A DNA stretch of 63,929 bases from Candidatus Omnitrophota bacterium (lineage in GTDB: Bacteria; Omnitrophota; Gorgyraeia; Gygaellales; Profunditerraquicolaceae): positions 1 through 63,929 of the forward strand of contig JAQUPI010000005.1 of assembly GCA_028716705.1 (NCBI GenBank). Direction: 5' to 3'. This document shows positions 8,191 to 18,168 of this stretch, piece by piece; positions within the stretch are counted from its first letter, which is position 1, and each line of letters starts with the position of its first letter. Under the pieces are notes generated by a model. That model saw only the letters and a list, made by a program, of their open reading frames with translations, did no database searches and had not been told where the DNA came from. A program made the position numbers and the translations under genes.

Positions 8191-9226
8191 GAGGATAGTG
8201 GTAAAGATCGGAAGCAGCATATTCTGCTCCGAAGGCGGATTCGAGGGCGCGCTGTTCGACCATATCGCCGGACAGGTCGCTTCATTAACGCGCATGAAGT
8301 ATGAGTTGATCGTTGTTTCTTCAGGCGCCATCGCCCTAGGGATGCGCGTTTTGGGATTAAGGTCCAGGCCGGGAGACCTATCCTTTCTTCAGGCCGCGGC
8401 CAGCATAGGGCAAAACGCGCTTATGGATAATTACAGCCGCGCTTTTCGGGGTGATAAGGTAAACTGCGGGCAGATACTCCTTACCCGGGAAGACTTCAAT
8501 GACCGTAAACGTTATTTAAACGCGAAAAATACCCTGACTACGCTGCTTAAGCTGGGCAGCATACCGGTGATCAACGAGAATGACACGATTTCGACGGATG
8601 AGATCAGGTTCGGGGATAACGACCGTTTGTCGGCGCTTGTCGCGGTCCTCTGCGGAGCGGACCTTCTGGTCATGCTCTCCGACGTCGATGGGTTGCTCGA
8701 TAAAGACAAAAAGGTTATTCGCGTGATCGATGAGATCACGCCGCAGATAAAGGCGTTGGCCTGCCCCACGGATAAGAAAACCTGTGTGGGGGGGATGATC
8801 ACAAAGATAGAAGCCGCTAAGATCGCCCTGGATTCCGGCATACCCTGCGTGATCGCCAACGGAAGAAAACAAGGAATGATCCTTTCCGTGTTAAACGAGC
8901 CCGGGAAACACGGGACTCTTTTTTCTCCAAAGAAATCCCTGGCCGCGAGGGAACGATGGATCGCTTTCGGCACAAAGCCAAAAGGAAAGATAAGGGCCGA
9001 TCACGGCGCCTGCAAAGCGCTTTTAGAGAAGAAAAGCCTGCTTTCGGTAGGCGTAAGCGGAGTGGAAGGGGATTTCGAGGCCGGAGATATCGTAAGCGTC
9101 GTGGACAGCCAGGGTAACGAAATAGCCAGGGGCAAGTCCGGGATACCCGGCAGGCAGCTCCAAAAGGTCATGGGAAGCCGTTTTGACAAAGAAGTGATCC
9201 ATAGAAATAATATCGTGATCTTATGA
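8165..9226 (+). CDS. proB: Glutamate 5-kinase with C-terminal PUA domain
   Basis: RIVVKIGSS, VVSSGAIALG and INENDT motifs, with a PUA-like C-terminus (GDIVSVVDSQGNEIARG). The TTG start at 8165 overlaps obg, so the exact start is uncertain. Confidence 0.9.
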   Translation: MKQSAKNYKRIVVKIGSSIFCSEGGFEGALFDHIAGQVASLTRMKYELIVVSSGAIALGMRVLGLRSRPGDLSFLQAAASIGQNALMDNYSRAFRGDKVNCGQILLTREDFNDRKRYLNAKNTLTTLLKLGSIPVINENDTISTDEIRFGDNDRLSALVAVLCGADLLVMLSDVDGLLDKDKKVIRVIDEITPQIKALACPTDKKTCVGGMITKIEAAKIALDSGIPCVIANGRKQGMILSVLNEPGKHGTLFSPKKSLAARERWIAFGTKPKGKIRADHGACKALLEKKSLLSVGVSGVEGDFEAGDIVSVVDSQGNEIARGKSGIPGRQLQKVMGSRFDKEVIHRNNIVIL

Positions 9227-10479
9227 ACCTAAAAACAGAATTAACAGTCATAGCCCAGAAGGCGCAGGAGGCGTCACGATCCCTGCTCTCCGTGTCATCG
9301 GCGCAGAAGAACAGGATCATTAAAAGCATGGCGTCGGCCTTAATGGAGGGGAGAGACGCTATCCTTAAGGCGAATAAAAAAGATATCGCCAAGGCGCGCG
9401 CCGCAAAGATTTCAAACGCGTTCATTGACAGGCTTTGTTTAAATCCGAAAAGGATATGCCAGATGGCGGATTCGCTGGATGAGATCGCCAAATTGAATGA
9501 CCCTGTCGGAGAAGTGATCAAAGCCTGGCGCAGGCCGAACGGCCTTTGGATACATAAGGTGCGTTGCCCCATCGGTGTTATCGCCATAATTTATGAATCA
9601 AGGCCTAACGTCACTTCCGATTGCATTGGGCTCTGTTTTAAATCAGGGAACAGCGTGATATTAAGAGGAGGAAGCGAAGCCCTGAATTCCAATATCGCGA
9701 TATTCCGGATACTGCAGGAGGCGATAAAAAAACGCGGGGTGCCTGAAAATATAGTCAACATCGTTTCGACTTCCGACAGGCGCGCGGTCGATACGCTTTT
9801 AAAATTAAATAATTATATCGACGTAGTGATCCCGCGCGGCGGCGAAGGCCTGATCAACCGGGTGGTCAAAACTTCCTGTATCCCGGTGATAAAACATTAC
9901 AAGGGTATATGCCATACTTACGTGGATGAATGGGCGGATTTGAATATGGCGCAAAATATCTGTTATAACGCCAAGGTCCAGCGGCCCGGAGTATGCAATG
10001 CCATGGAAAGCATGCTTGTGCACCGCGAGGTGGCCGCAAGGTTCCTCCCCGGGATGGCTAAGAAATTCAAGGAAGCGGGGGTAGAGATACGCGGCTGCGC
10101 CATGACACGGAAGATACTAAAAAGCGCGAGGAGGGCCACAGAAAAGGATTACCGCACGGAATACCTGGGCCTGGTCCTTTCGGTAAAAGTTGTAGGCGAT
10201 ATGGATGAGGCGGTCGAACACATCAATAATTACGGCTCTCACCATTCGGATACGATTGTTACGGAAAATTACGATAACGCCCTTGAATTTTTAAGGAAGG
10301 TGGATTCAGCCTGTGTCTATGTGAACGCCTCAACCCGCTTTACCGACGGCTACCAGTTCGGGATGGGCGCTGAGATCGGCATCTCCACGGATAAGCTTCA
10401 TGCCCGGGGGCCGATGGCGCTGGAAGAATTGACGACATATAAATATATGGTATTCGGGAACGGGCAGGTGAGAGGGTAG
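9223..10479 (+). CDS. proA: Gamma-glutamyl phosphate reductase
   Basis: 418 aa. PGVCNAMESMLVH catalytic Cys motif. ATGA overlap with proB. Confidence 0.95.
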   Translation: MNLKTELTVIAQKAQEASRSLLSVSSAQKNRIIKSMASALMEGRDAILKANKKDIAKARAAKISNAFIDRLCLNPKRICQMADSLDEIAKLNDPVGEVIKAWRRPNGLWIHKVRCPIGVIAIIYESRPNVTSDCIGLCFKSGNSVILRGGSEALNSNIAIFRILQEAIKKRGVPENIVNIVSTSDRRAVDTLLKLNNYIDVVIPRGGEGLINRVVKTSCIPVIKHYKGICHTYVDEWADLNMAQNICYNAKVQRPGVCNAMESMLVHREVAARFLPGMAKKFKEAGVEIRGCAMTRKILKSARRATEKDYRTEYLGLVLSVKVVGDMDEAVEHINNYGSHHSDTIVTENYDNALEFLRKVDSACVYVNASTRFTDGYQFGMGAEIGISTDKLHARGPMALEELTTYKYMVFGNGQVRG

Positions 10480-10499
10480 GTAGATGAGCTTAGCCAGCA

Positions 10500-10526
10500 G
10501 GGACTGTCCCCAAAGGGGACTGTCCC
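10500..10526. repeat. Inverted/direct GGGACTGTCCC pair forming a 12-bp hairpin (one central mismatch, AAA loop) after proA
   Basis: gggactgtcccc (10500-10511), aaa, ggggactgtccc (10515-10526). Member of the TGTCCC/GGGACA intergenic motif family. No U-tract follows. Confidence 0.6.
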
Positions 10527-10560
10527 ACGACAAGATAAGTGTTGGCCGGGAGAAAAGCCG

Positions 10561-11127
10561 ATGAAAATTGGCTTACTAGGCGGCACATTCAATCCCATCC
10601 ACACCGGACATCTCATCCTGGCTGAAGAGGTAAGGGAAAAGCTTTTACTGGACAGGATAATCTTTGTGCCGGCTTACCTGCCGCCGCATAAGGATAACTC
10701 CGAGATCATTCCCGCCAGGCTCAGGCTGGATATGGTCAGGGCCGCCATAAAGGGCAACCGCCATTTTAGCGTTTCAGAGATCGAGATCAAGAGGGACGGC
10801 CGGTCTTTCACAATAGACACGATCAGGGAATTCAAAAAGGATTACCCGGGAGACAAATTATACTTTATTATCGGCTCTGATCTGCTAAAATACCTAGATG
10901 ACTGGAAGGACCTGGACGAAATAATAAAAATGGTGGATTTTATCGCCGCGACGCGGCCGGGTTACCCGCTGGAAAGGATCCCTTCCCGTATTTCAACCGT
11001 GCCCATCAGGGCGGTGGATATTTCGGGCTTCGAGATCAGGAAAGCGATAAAGGAAAATAAATCGTTCCGGTACCTGGTGCCGGAGTCCGTGTTTAACTAT
11101 ATACGCAAAAAAAGGTTATACCGTTGA
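10561..11127 (+). CDS. nadD: Nicotinate-nucleotide adenylyltransferase
   Basis: 188 aa. GGTFNPIHTGH (HxGH) and ISGFEIR (ISSTxxR-like) motifs. Confidence 0.9.
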   Translation: MKIGLLGGTFNPIHTGHLILAEEVREKLLLDRIIFVPAYLPPHKDNSEIIPARLRLDMVRAAIKGNRHFSVSEIEIKRDGRSFTIDTIREFKKDYPGDKLYFIIGSDLLKYLDDWKDLDEIIKMVDFIAATRPGYPLERIPSRISTVPIRAVDISGFEIRKAIKENKSFRYLVPESVFNYIRKKRLYR

Positions 11128-11768
11128 GAGTAAGGATCGCCCCTTCCATATTATCCGCGGATTTCAGCTGCCTGGATAGAGAGATAAAAAGGGTCGAGGA
11201 GGCCGGAGCCGACCTGCTGCATATCGACATAATGGATGGGCACTTTGTCCCGAATATCACCATCGGCCCGGTAGTGGTCAAATATATCCGGCGGGTAACA
11301 AGGCTTCCCTTGGATGTGCACTTAATGATCGAAAACCCCGGGGATTTTGTGGACAGTTTCGTCGAAGCGGGAAGCGATATGATCACGATGCATATAGAAA
11401 CGATATCGCCCTCAAAGTTCAAAGCCCAGAGTTCAAAGCTGAAGAAAAAGGGGGTAAAGCCGGGGATCTCATTGAATCCCGCGACTGCCCTGGAGAAAAT
11501 CAAACCGGTGCTCAATTGGGTAGATCTTGTCCTGGTAATGTCCGTTAACCCCGGTTTTAGCGGCCAGGCGTTCATACCCGGTTCGCTGACAAAGATCAAG
11601 AAATTGCGTTCTATGTTCAAGGGCGATATATCAGTCGACGGAGGGGTAAACGATAAATTTTGCGCGGATATCATCAACGCGGGAGCGAATATCCTGGCCG
11701 CCGGCTCGTTCATATTCGGCGCCAAAGACGCCAGGCAGGCGATAGAGAGGATAAGAAATGCAGCCTGA
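11124..11768 (+). CDS. rpe: Ribulose-phosphate 3-epimerase
   Basis: 214 aa, TTG start. APSILSADF, HIDIMDGHFVPN and VMSVNPGFSGQ motifs. Confidence 0.9.
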   Translation: MRVRIAPSILSADFSCLDREIKRVEEAGADLLHIDIMDGHFVPNITIGPVVVKYIRRVTRLPLDVHLMIENPGDFVDSFVEAGSDMITMHIETISPSKFKAQSSKLKKKGVKPGISLNPATALEKIKPVLNWVDLVLVMSVNPGFSGQAFIPGSLTKIKKLRSMFKGDISVDGGVNDKFCADIINAGANILAAGSFIFGAKDARQAIERIRNAA

Positions 11769-13137
11769 AACCAAAATAAAGTTCGGGACAGACGGCTGGC
11801 GCGCGGTCATAGGCGAAGATTACACTTTCGCTAACGTAAAAATCGTATCCCAGGCCACCAGCGACCTTCTGGGTCCGGGTAAGAAGATAGCGGTGGGTTA
11901 TGACACCCGTTTTATGTCGGATATCTTCGCGGAGGTCGCCTCGCGTGTTTTTAAAAACAACGGTATCGATGTCATCCTTTCAGATAAGCCCGTCCCGACC
12001 CCGGTCGTCAGCTTTACGGTAAAGAGTAGGAGGCTTGATGCCGGGATCATGATCACCGCTTCGCACAACCCGCCGCAATATAACGGTTTTAAGATAAAGA
12101 CCTCTTCAGGCGGCGCAGCCGGCCCTGAAATTACGGGGAAGGTCGAAGAACTCCTGGGCAAGACGCCGGTAAAAGAAAACTATGAAGGCCGCGCGCAAAT
12201 CACCGAGGAAGACCTGATCGGGGATTACGCGAAATTCATCCGCGGGTATATAGACTTTCCACGGATAAGAAAAAAAGTTTTCAGGGTATTGGTTGACGCG
12301 ATGCACGGTTCGGGCGACAGTTATATCGCCACTATACTCAAGGGGTCTAAGATAAAGCTGGAATTCATACGCAATACCATCAATCCTTACTTCGAAGGAA
12401 AAGGCCCGGAACCGGTAGAACAAAACCTCGCGCAATTAAAACAGCGGCTCAAGAAAGAAAGATTTGACCTGGGGATAGCGCTTGACGGCGATGCCGACAG
12501 GATCGCGGCTGTCGCGCCCGGAGGCGTATTCATTCATCCGCAGAAAATACTCGGGCTGTTGGCGCTGCATCTTAGCCAGGACAAAAAGTATAAAGGCGGC
12601 GTGGTCAAGACCGTGGTAGGTTCAACAATGATAGACCATATCGCCAAATTCCTTAATGTCGAGCTTTATGAAACTCCGGTCGGATTCAAATATATTTCCG
12701 GCCTGATGGAGACAAAGGACATTATAGCCGGAGGGGAAGAAGCCGGCGGCATGGGGGTAAAGGGTTATATTCCGGAAAGAGATGGCATAATGGCCGGCTT
12801 GCTGCTGCTGGAGATGATGGTTTATCGCAATAAAAATATCCTGAAGATATTGAATGAGGCCGAAAAACAATTCGGCAGGTATTATTACCTGCGCGAAGAC
12901 CTGCATTTGAATAAACAGGTCGACCTTGCTTCTAAGGATCTGCCGGAAGAGCTTTTGGGCAAAAAGATAACGCAGGTTAAGCGCGAAGACGGGATCAAGG
13001 TTATCTGCGAAGATGAAAGCTGGCTCGTGCTGCGCGCTTCCGGCACCGAGCCGATCATACGCATATATTCGGAATCCAAAAGCTTGATAAGATCCAGGAA
13101 ATTGATCGAATACGGGAAAAACTTCGTTAATGGATAG
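11758..13137 (+). CDS. Phosphoglucomutase/phosphomannomutase family protein
   Basis: 459 aa. Phosphoserine loop ITASHNPPQYNGFK, Mg loop ALDGDADRIA, sugar loop GGEEAGG. Confidence 0.85.
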   Translation: MQPETKIKFGTDGWRAVIGEDYTFANVKIVSQATSDLLGPGKKIAVGYDTRFMSDIFAEVASRVFKNNGIDVILSDKPVPTPVVSFTVKSRRLDAGIMITASHNPPQYNGFKIKTSSGGAAGPEITGKVEELLGKTPVKENYEGRAQITEEDLIGDYAKFIRGYIDFPRIRKKVFRVLVDAMHGSGDSYIATILKGSKIKLEFIRNTINPYFEGKGPEPVEQNLAQLKQRLKKERFDLGIALDGDADRIAAVAPGGVFIHPQKILGLLALHLSQDKKYKGGVVKTVVGSTMIDHIAKFLNVELYETPVGFKYISGLMETKDIIAGGEEAGGMGVKGYIPERDGIMAGLLLLEMMVYRNKNILKILNEAEKQFGRYYYLREDLHLNKQVDLASKDLPEELLGKKITQVKREDGIKVICEDESWLVLRASGTEPIIRIYSESKSLIRSRKLIEYGKNFVNG

Positions 13138-13194
13138 CATAGCCAGTCCTGCATATTTCTCAAGGAAAGGAGGGCGTTTTGTCAAAGTCCCTTC

Positions 13195-14052
13195 ATGACC
13201 CGCGTTAAATCCGCAAAAAGTATCGGTTTCTGTTCCGGCGTCAGGCGCGCTGTAAACATCGTCGAAAAGACGCTCTCCGAAAGCAAAGGGAAGGTCTATT
13301 CCCTTGGCCCGGTCATACACAATCCGGAGGTGATCAGGCGCCTTAAGCGGCAAAACCTTTGCATCGTAAATTCAATAGACGGCCTTGAACATTCCTCCAC
13401 GCTGATATTGCCTTCCCACGGCACCCCCAGCGACATATTAGATAAGGCGGTAAAAAAGCGCCTCAAACTTGTTGACGTTACCTGCCCTAATGTATCCGTC
13501 CTCCAGAAGACCTGCGGTTTGCTGCATAAACAAGGCATGGAAGTCATTATCGTGGGCGACAGAAGCCATCCGGAAATTAGGGCGCTTTTATCTTTCGCCG
13601 GGAAGGCGTTTGTCATCGATAAGGCCGGAGGCATAAAGAAAAATGTTTTTTCAGGCAAGAAAATCGGGATAATTTCGCAAACTACGCAGAACAGGGACTC
13701 TTTCTTCGAAATCGCGGCGAAATTGCTGCAAAAAAATCCTTTAGTAAAGGAGGTGCACGTCTATAACACGATCTGCCTGGATACACTGCGCCGGCAGAAC
13801 GAGGCCAAGGAACTTGCCGGATCCGTGGATACTTTATTGATAATCGGTTCCAGGTTGAGCGCCAATACAAAAAGGCTGCTGGGCATCGGCCGCAAGATCA
13901 ACCGGCGTACCTATCTTGTTGAAGACAGCGATGCCGATTTCGGCAGATTGTTAAGAGGGGCAAAGGTAGTGGGGCTCATAAGCGGGGCCTCAACCCCGGA
14001 TTGGTTGGTCAAAGAAGTGATAAAAAAAATAAAAAACAGAAAAGGGAGGTAG
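13195..14052 (+). CDS. ispH: 4-hydroxy-3-methylbut-2-enyl diphosphate reductase
   Basis: 285 aa. GFCSGVRRAV, VIHNPEV, VTCPNV and SANTKRL motifs. Adjacent to rpsA, as in many bacteria. Confidence 0.9.
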   Translation: MTRVKSAKSIGFCSGVRRAVNIVEKTLSESKGKVYSLGPVIHNPEVIRRLKRQNLCIVNSIDGLEHSSTLILPSHGTPSDILDKAVKKRLKLVDVTCPNVSVLQKTCGLLHKQGMEVIIVGDRSHPEIRALLSFAGKAFVIDKAGGIKKNVFSGKKIGIISQTTQNRDSFFEIAAKLLQKNPLVKEVHVYNTICLDTLRRQNEAKELAGSVDTLLIIGSRLSANTKRLLGIGRKINRRTYLVEDSDADFGRLLRGAKVVGLISGASTPDWLVKEVIKKIKNRKGR

Positions 14053-14058
14053 TAAAAA

Positions 14059-15600
14059 ATGGCTGCAGAAAAGTCACAAATGGAAGAGCTTTACAATCAA
14101 AGCATCAAAATACTCAGGGAAGGACAGATAATCAAGGGAAAGATAGTTTCTGTCAAATCGAAAGAGGTGCTTGTGGACGTGGGATTCAAATCCGAAGGGA
14201 TCGTCCCGATAACGCAGTTCAACAAGGACGATCTTGAGCCGGGCAAGGAGATCGATTTTTACATCGATTGCATCGAAGACGACTCCGGCATGATCGGGCT
14301 TTCCCGGGACAAGGCGATACGCATCCAAGGATGGGACAAGATCGTGAAGAACGCCAATGAAGGCGCGCTAGTGGAAGGCAAGCCCATAAAGAAAGTAAAG
14401 GGAGGTTTTTTAGTCGATGTAATGGGAATAGAGGGGTTCCTCCCGACGTCCCTTTCATCTTTTCGCGGGCTCACAGACAGGAACATCCTGTACAACAACT
14501 TTAAGTTCAAGATCATCAAGGTTAATAACCTGAGGCACAGCATAATCCTGTCTCACCGTGAGGCGATGCAGAAGGCGAAGGAGGAGGCCAAGGAAAAGCT
14601 CTGGCAGGAATTAAAAACCGGCAATATCCATCCCGGCACCGTAAAGGCGATCACGGATTTCGGGGCCTTTGTGGATCTGGGCGGCGTTGACGGGCTCCTG
14701 TATATAACCGATATGTCCTGGTCGAAGATCAGCCATCCATCCGAGATAGTGGCCCTTGGGGATAAGATCGATGTGGTCATTTTGAACATGGACAAGGAGT
14801 CGGGAAAGGTCTCTCTCGGCCTTAAGCAGAGGTTCCCCGACCCCTGGCAGGACATAGAGACAAAGTACACGGTCGGTTCCAAGGTTAAGGGTAAAGTAGT
14901 GAACATACTTCCTTACGGGGTATTCGTGGAGTTGGAAAAAGGGATCGAAGGGCTGATCCACGTCTCCGAGATCTCCTGGACGAAAAGGGTGAATAACCCG
15001 CAGGAGATGTTCGCGATAGGGGATATGGTGGAAGTCCAGGTATTGAACATAGATAAGGAATCACGGAAGATCTCGCTCAGCCTCAAACAGCTGGAACAGA
15101 ATCCCTGGCTGGAGGTAGAATCAAAATATCCTGTGGGCACCAAGATCCAGGGAAAGGTAAGGGGATTTACCGCTTACGGGGTCTTCGTAGAGCTGGATAA
15201 CAGCCTTGAGGGGATGATCCATGTTTCGGATATCTCATGGACAAAAAGAGTAACCCATCCGCAGGACATTTTTAAGAAGGGCCAGAAAGTCGATGTGGTC
15301 ATTCTTTCCGTGGATGCCCAAAACCGGCGCATTGCCTTAGGGTTAAAGCAGCTCCTGCCTAACCCGTGGCCTGAGATCGCGGTTAAATATCCCGTTGATA
15401 CCGAGCTGGATACGGAGGTCGTGAATATAAACGATTTCGGCGTATTCGTAAAGATCGAAGAGGAGCTGGAAGGCCTTGTCTACAGCAGCGAGATAGACAA
15501 GGAAATTCTTGCCCAGTTAAAGCCCGGTGATAAATTAAAGGCCAAAGTGATAAAGGTAGACGCCGAGCAGGCAAAGATCGGCCTATCCGCAAAGTTATAA
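14059..15600 (+). CDS. rpsA: 30S ribosomal protein S1
   Basis: 513 aa with six S1 repeats (e.g. GTVKAITDFGAFVDLGGVDGLLYITDMSW and GKVVNILPYGVFVELEKGIEGLIHVSEISW). Confidence 0.95.
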   Translation: MAAEKSQMEELYNQSIKILREGQIIKGKIVSVKSKEVLVDVGFKSEGIVPITQFNKDDLEPGKEIDFYIDCIEDDSGMIGLSRDKAIRIQGWDKIVKNANEGALVEGKPIKKVKGGFLVDVMGIEGFLPTSLSSFRGLTDRNILYNNFKFKIIKVNNLRHSIILSHREAMQKAKEEAKEKLWQELKTGNIHPGTVKAITDFGAFVDLGGVDGLLYITDMSWSKISHPSEIVALGDKIDVVILNMDKESGKVSLGLKQRFPDPWQDIETKYTVGSKVKGKVVNILPYGVFVELEKGIEGLIHVSEISWTKRVNNPQEMFAIGDMVEVQVLNIDKESRKISLSLKQLEQNPWLEVESKYPVGTKIQGKVRGFTAYGVFVELDNSLEGMIHVSDISWTKRVTHPQDIFKKGQKVDVVILSVDAQNRRIALGLKQLLPNPWPEIAVKYPVDTELDTEVVNINDFGVFVKIEEELEGLVYSSEIDKEILAQLKPGDKLKAKVIKVDAEQAKIGLSAKL

Positions 15601-15606
15601 ACAGAA

Positions 15607-15723
15607 GGGACACCCTTTTTGCCAAAGCTAAGGATGTCCCCAAAGAAACTAAAAATAATAATTTAGGGGACACCCTCCCGATTGCCAAAAAGGGTGTCCC
15701 CCGATTGCCAAAAAGGGTGTCCC
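15607..15723. repeat. rpsA-tyrS spacer repeat block: two GGGACACCC arms, two GGGTGTCCC arms, and a 23-nt tandem duplication
   Basis: gggacaccctttttg at 15607-15621 is the exact reverse complement of caaaaagggtgtccc at 15686-15700 and 15709-15723. gggacaccc also occurs at 15667-15675. The unit ccgattgccaaaaagggtgtccc occurs twice in tandem (15678-15700, 15701-15723). Confidence 0.8.
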
Positions 15724-15736
15724 TGGAGGTGATAAG

Positions 15737-16927
15737 ATGACAATGCCAGATATCGACAGGCAGTTGGAGGTAATCAAAAGAGGCGCGGTTGAGATAATTT
15801 CAGAGGAGCTGTTAAGGAAGAAATTAGAGGAGAGCATAAAAGCCGGCCGGCCCCTGGCCGTTAAGGCCGGATTTGACCCTACCGCTCCCGATATACACTT
15901 AGGGCACACGGTTTTGCTGCGCAAATTGCGCCAATTCCAGGACCTCGGGCACAAGGTAATTTTTCTGATCGGGGACGCCACCGCTTTAGTGGGGGACCCT
16001 TCCGGGCAATCGCAAACCAGAAAGGCGCTGACCCTTGAGGAAGTCGAGCAGAACGCGAAGACTTATATAAAGCAGGTCGGTAAGATACTGAACACCGCGG
16101 ACCGGCGCCTTTTTGAGCGCCGCCATAACAGCGAATGGTTTTCGCGCGGCTTCGATTTTGAGCAATTTGTGGAACTTGCCCAGAGATACACCGTCGCCCG
16201 CCTTTTGGAAAGGGATGATTTTCAAAAGCGGATGAAGGAAAATAAACCGATCACCTTCCTTGAGCTTTTTTATCCGTTGATGCAGGGCTTTGATTCTTAC
16301 AAATTAAAATCGGACGTGGAAATCGGAGGTACCGACCAGAAATTCAATTTGCTGGTCGGCAGGGACATTCAGGAGGCCTATGGAGAACCGGCCCAGGTGG
16401 TTATTACCATGCCGCTTCTGGAAGGGACCGACGGCGCGCTAAAGATGAGCAAATCTTACGGAAATTACATAGCCATAAACGACCGGCCCCCGGATATGTT
16501 CGGGAAGATCATGTCAGTTTCTGACGAAATGATGCTGAAATACTACACGCTGTTCACTGACACGGACCTGGAAAATATCAGGCAATTACACCCGATGGAG
16601 GCGAAATTAGACCTCGCTGAGAACATCACATCTTTTTACCACGGCGCCGCCGAGGGGAAAAAGGCAAAGGAGAATTTTAAGCAGGTCTTCAGCGATAAAG
16701 ATGCCCCCGAGGAGATGCCTGTATACAAGTTAAGGGGGGAAGGAGAAGGGATAATTGACATTCTCATCAACAGCGGCCTTACCGGATCAAAGAATGACGC
16801 CCGCAGGCTGGTAAACCAGGGCGGAGTATCTTTAGGCGGGGAGAAGATCGGAAATGAAGGCGTTGTAGTGAAAGCGGGGGGCATCCTCAAAGCCGGTAAA
16901 AGACGGTTCCTGAAGCTGATAAAATAA
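15737..16927 (+). CDS. tyrS: Tyrosine--tRNA ligase
   Basis: 396 aa. HLGH and KMSKS motifs; C-terminal S4-like domain (RRLVNQGGVSLGGEKI). Confidence 0.95.
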   Translation: MTMPDIDRQLEVIKRGAVEIISEELLRKKLEESIKAGRPLAVKAGFDPTAPDIHLGHTVLLRKLRQFQDLGHKVIFLIGDATALVGDPSGQSQTRKALTLEEVEQNAKTYIKQVGKILNTADRRLFERRHNSEWFSRGFDFEQFVELAQRYTVARLLERDDFQKRMKENKPITFLELFYPLMQGFDSYKLKSDVEIGGTDQKFNLLVGRDIQEAYGEPAQVVITMPLLEGTDGALKMSKSYGNYIAINDRPPDMFGKIMSVSDEMMLKYYTLFTDTDLENIRQLHPMEAKLDLAENITSFYHGAAEGKKAKENFKQVFSDKDAPEEMPVYKLRGEGEGIIDILINSGLTGSKNDARRLVNQGGVSLGGEKIGNEGVVVKAGGILKAGKRRFLKLIK

Positions 16928-18168
16928 TGCTGAATAGATTCAAGAAGATCGATCCTTTCGGGAAGAATATCATATTGGTTTTTGCCGGCACGACCTTAGG
17001 CAATGTATTCAATCTGCTTTATCAGCTTCTCATCGCGCACCGCATGAGCCCGCAGGATTTCGCGGGATTTAATTCGCTGCTTTCTTTGTTCATGCTGATC
17101 ACCGCTCCGCTGTCAACATTGCACACAGGCGTCTGTAAATACCTGGCGGATTTTAACGCCCGGGGCGAGCTCGTTAAAGTGCGCGCTTTATTATCCGCGC
17201 TCTTAAGAAAAATATTGCCGCTCGCCGCGGTCACCTGCGTTATTTTCTATCTTTCTTCTTTTTATATCATTGCCAAGCTGAAGATCGTTTCCGGGTGGGC
17301 GGGAAGCATCCTGGCGGCATCCCTGGCAGCGGCCTGGATCAGCCCGGTTTTATGGGGGGCGCTGCAGGGTCTGGAGTTGTTCCGGTGGTTCGTCCTGATG
17401 TCCATCATATGCGGGATCACGAAATTGATCTTCGCTTTTTCTTTTTTGAACCTGGGCTATAATATTTCCGGCGCGTTGTCCTCTTTTCTGCTGTCGCTCT
17501 TGGCGGGGATCGCCATTTCTTTTTTCCCCTTAAAGCGGCTGATCTCCTTTAAAAAGGCGGAAGGCGAAATAAATCTAATGGATTTCTTTTTATACCTCGC
17601 TCCGGTAGCCGTAAGCTTTTTTTGTTTTATGGCTTTGGTGAATCTGGATATGGTCCTGGTTAAATATTTTTTCAGCAGGGAAGACGCCGGATTTTATTCT
17701 TTGGCGCAGATGGAAGGGAAAATATTCCTTTTCTTGCCCTTAGCCATAAGCATCGTAATGTTCCCGAAAACGGCCGGGCTGAACGCCGTAAAAATGAAAA
17801 CCGGTTCGATACTCATGAAATCGCTTTTTTACGCTTTTGGCCTATGCGCCGCGGCGAATATTTTCTTTAACATTTTCCCGTCTTTTATCCTGAAGGCGCT
17901 CACCGGCAAGGCCCCGCTTGAATCCATTGTTTTGGGGAGGTTCTTCGGGGTGTCCATGAGCTTTTTCGCCCTTTTATTGATCCTGATGAATTATTTCCTT
18001 TCCATAAAAGATTTGCGTTTTATGAAATACCTTATTGTATCGGCGGCGCTGCAGCCTTTGGCAATCGTATTTTTCCATAAGAACCTGATCCAGGTGCAAT
18101 CCATAATTTGCCTGAATTCCATACTGTTATTTTTATCTTTATTCAGTTTATTCCGTAAAAGACAATGA
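16927..18168 (+). CDS. MOP/Wzx-type oligosaccharide flippase (polysaccharide biosynthesis protein)
   Basis: 413 aa, polytopic (about 12 hydrophobic segments). First gene of the glycan cluster. The call rests on topology and context. Confidence 0.65.
   Translation: MLNRFKKIDPFGKNIILVFAGTTLGNVFNLLYQLLIAHRMSPQDFAGFNSLLSLFMLITAPLSTLHTGVCKYLADFNARGELVKVRALLSALLRKILPLAAVTCVIFYLSSFYIIAKLKIVSGWAGSILAASLAAAWISPVLWGALQGLELFRWFVLMSIICGITKLIFAFSFLNLGYNISGALSSFLLSLLAGIAISFFPLKRLISFKKAEGEINLMDFFLYLAPVAVSFFCFMALVNLDMVLVKYFFSREDAGFYSLAQMEGKIFLFLPLAISIVMFPKTAGLNAVKMKTGSILMKSLFYAFGLCAAANIFFNIFPSFILKALTGKAPLESIVLGRFFGVSMSFFALLLILMNYFLSIKDLRFMKYLIVSAALQPLAIVFFHKNLIQVQSIICLNSILLFLSLFSLFRKRQ

Noticed and set aside
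15678-15723. CRISPR-like repeat
   Set aside because: There are only two directly abutting 23-nt copies, with no spacers and no cas genes in the window.
15601-15736. T-box riboswitch upstream of tyrS
   Set aside because: There is no T-box consensus (AAUUAGGGUGGUACCGCG-like), no recognisable specifier loop with a UAC codon context, and no terminator U-tract.
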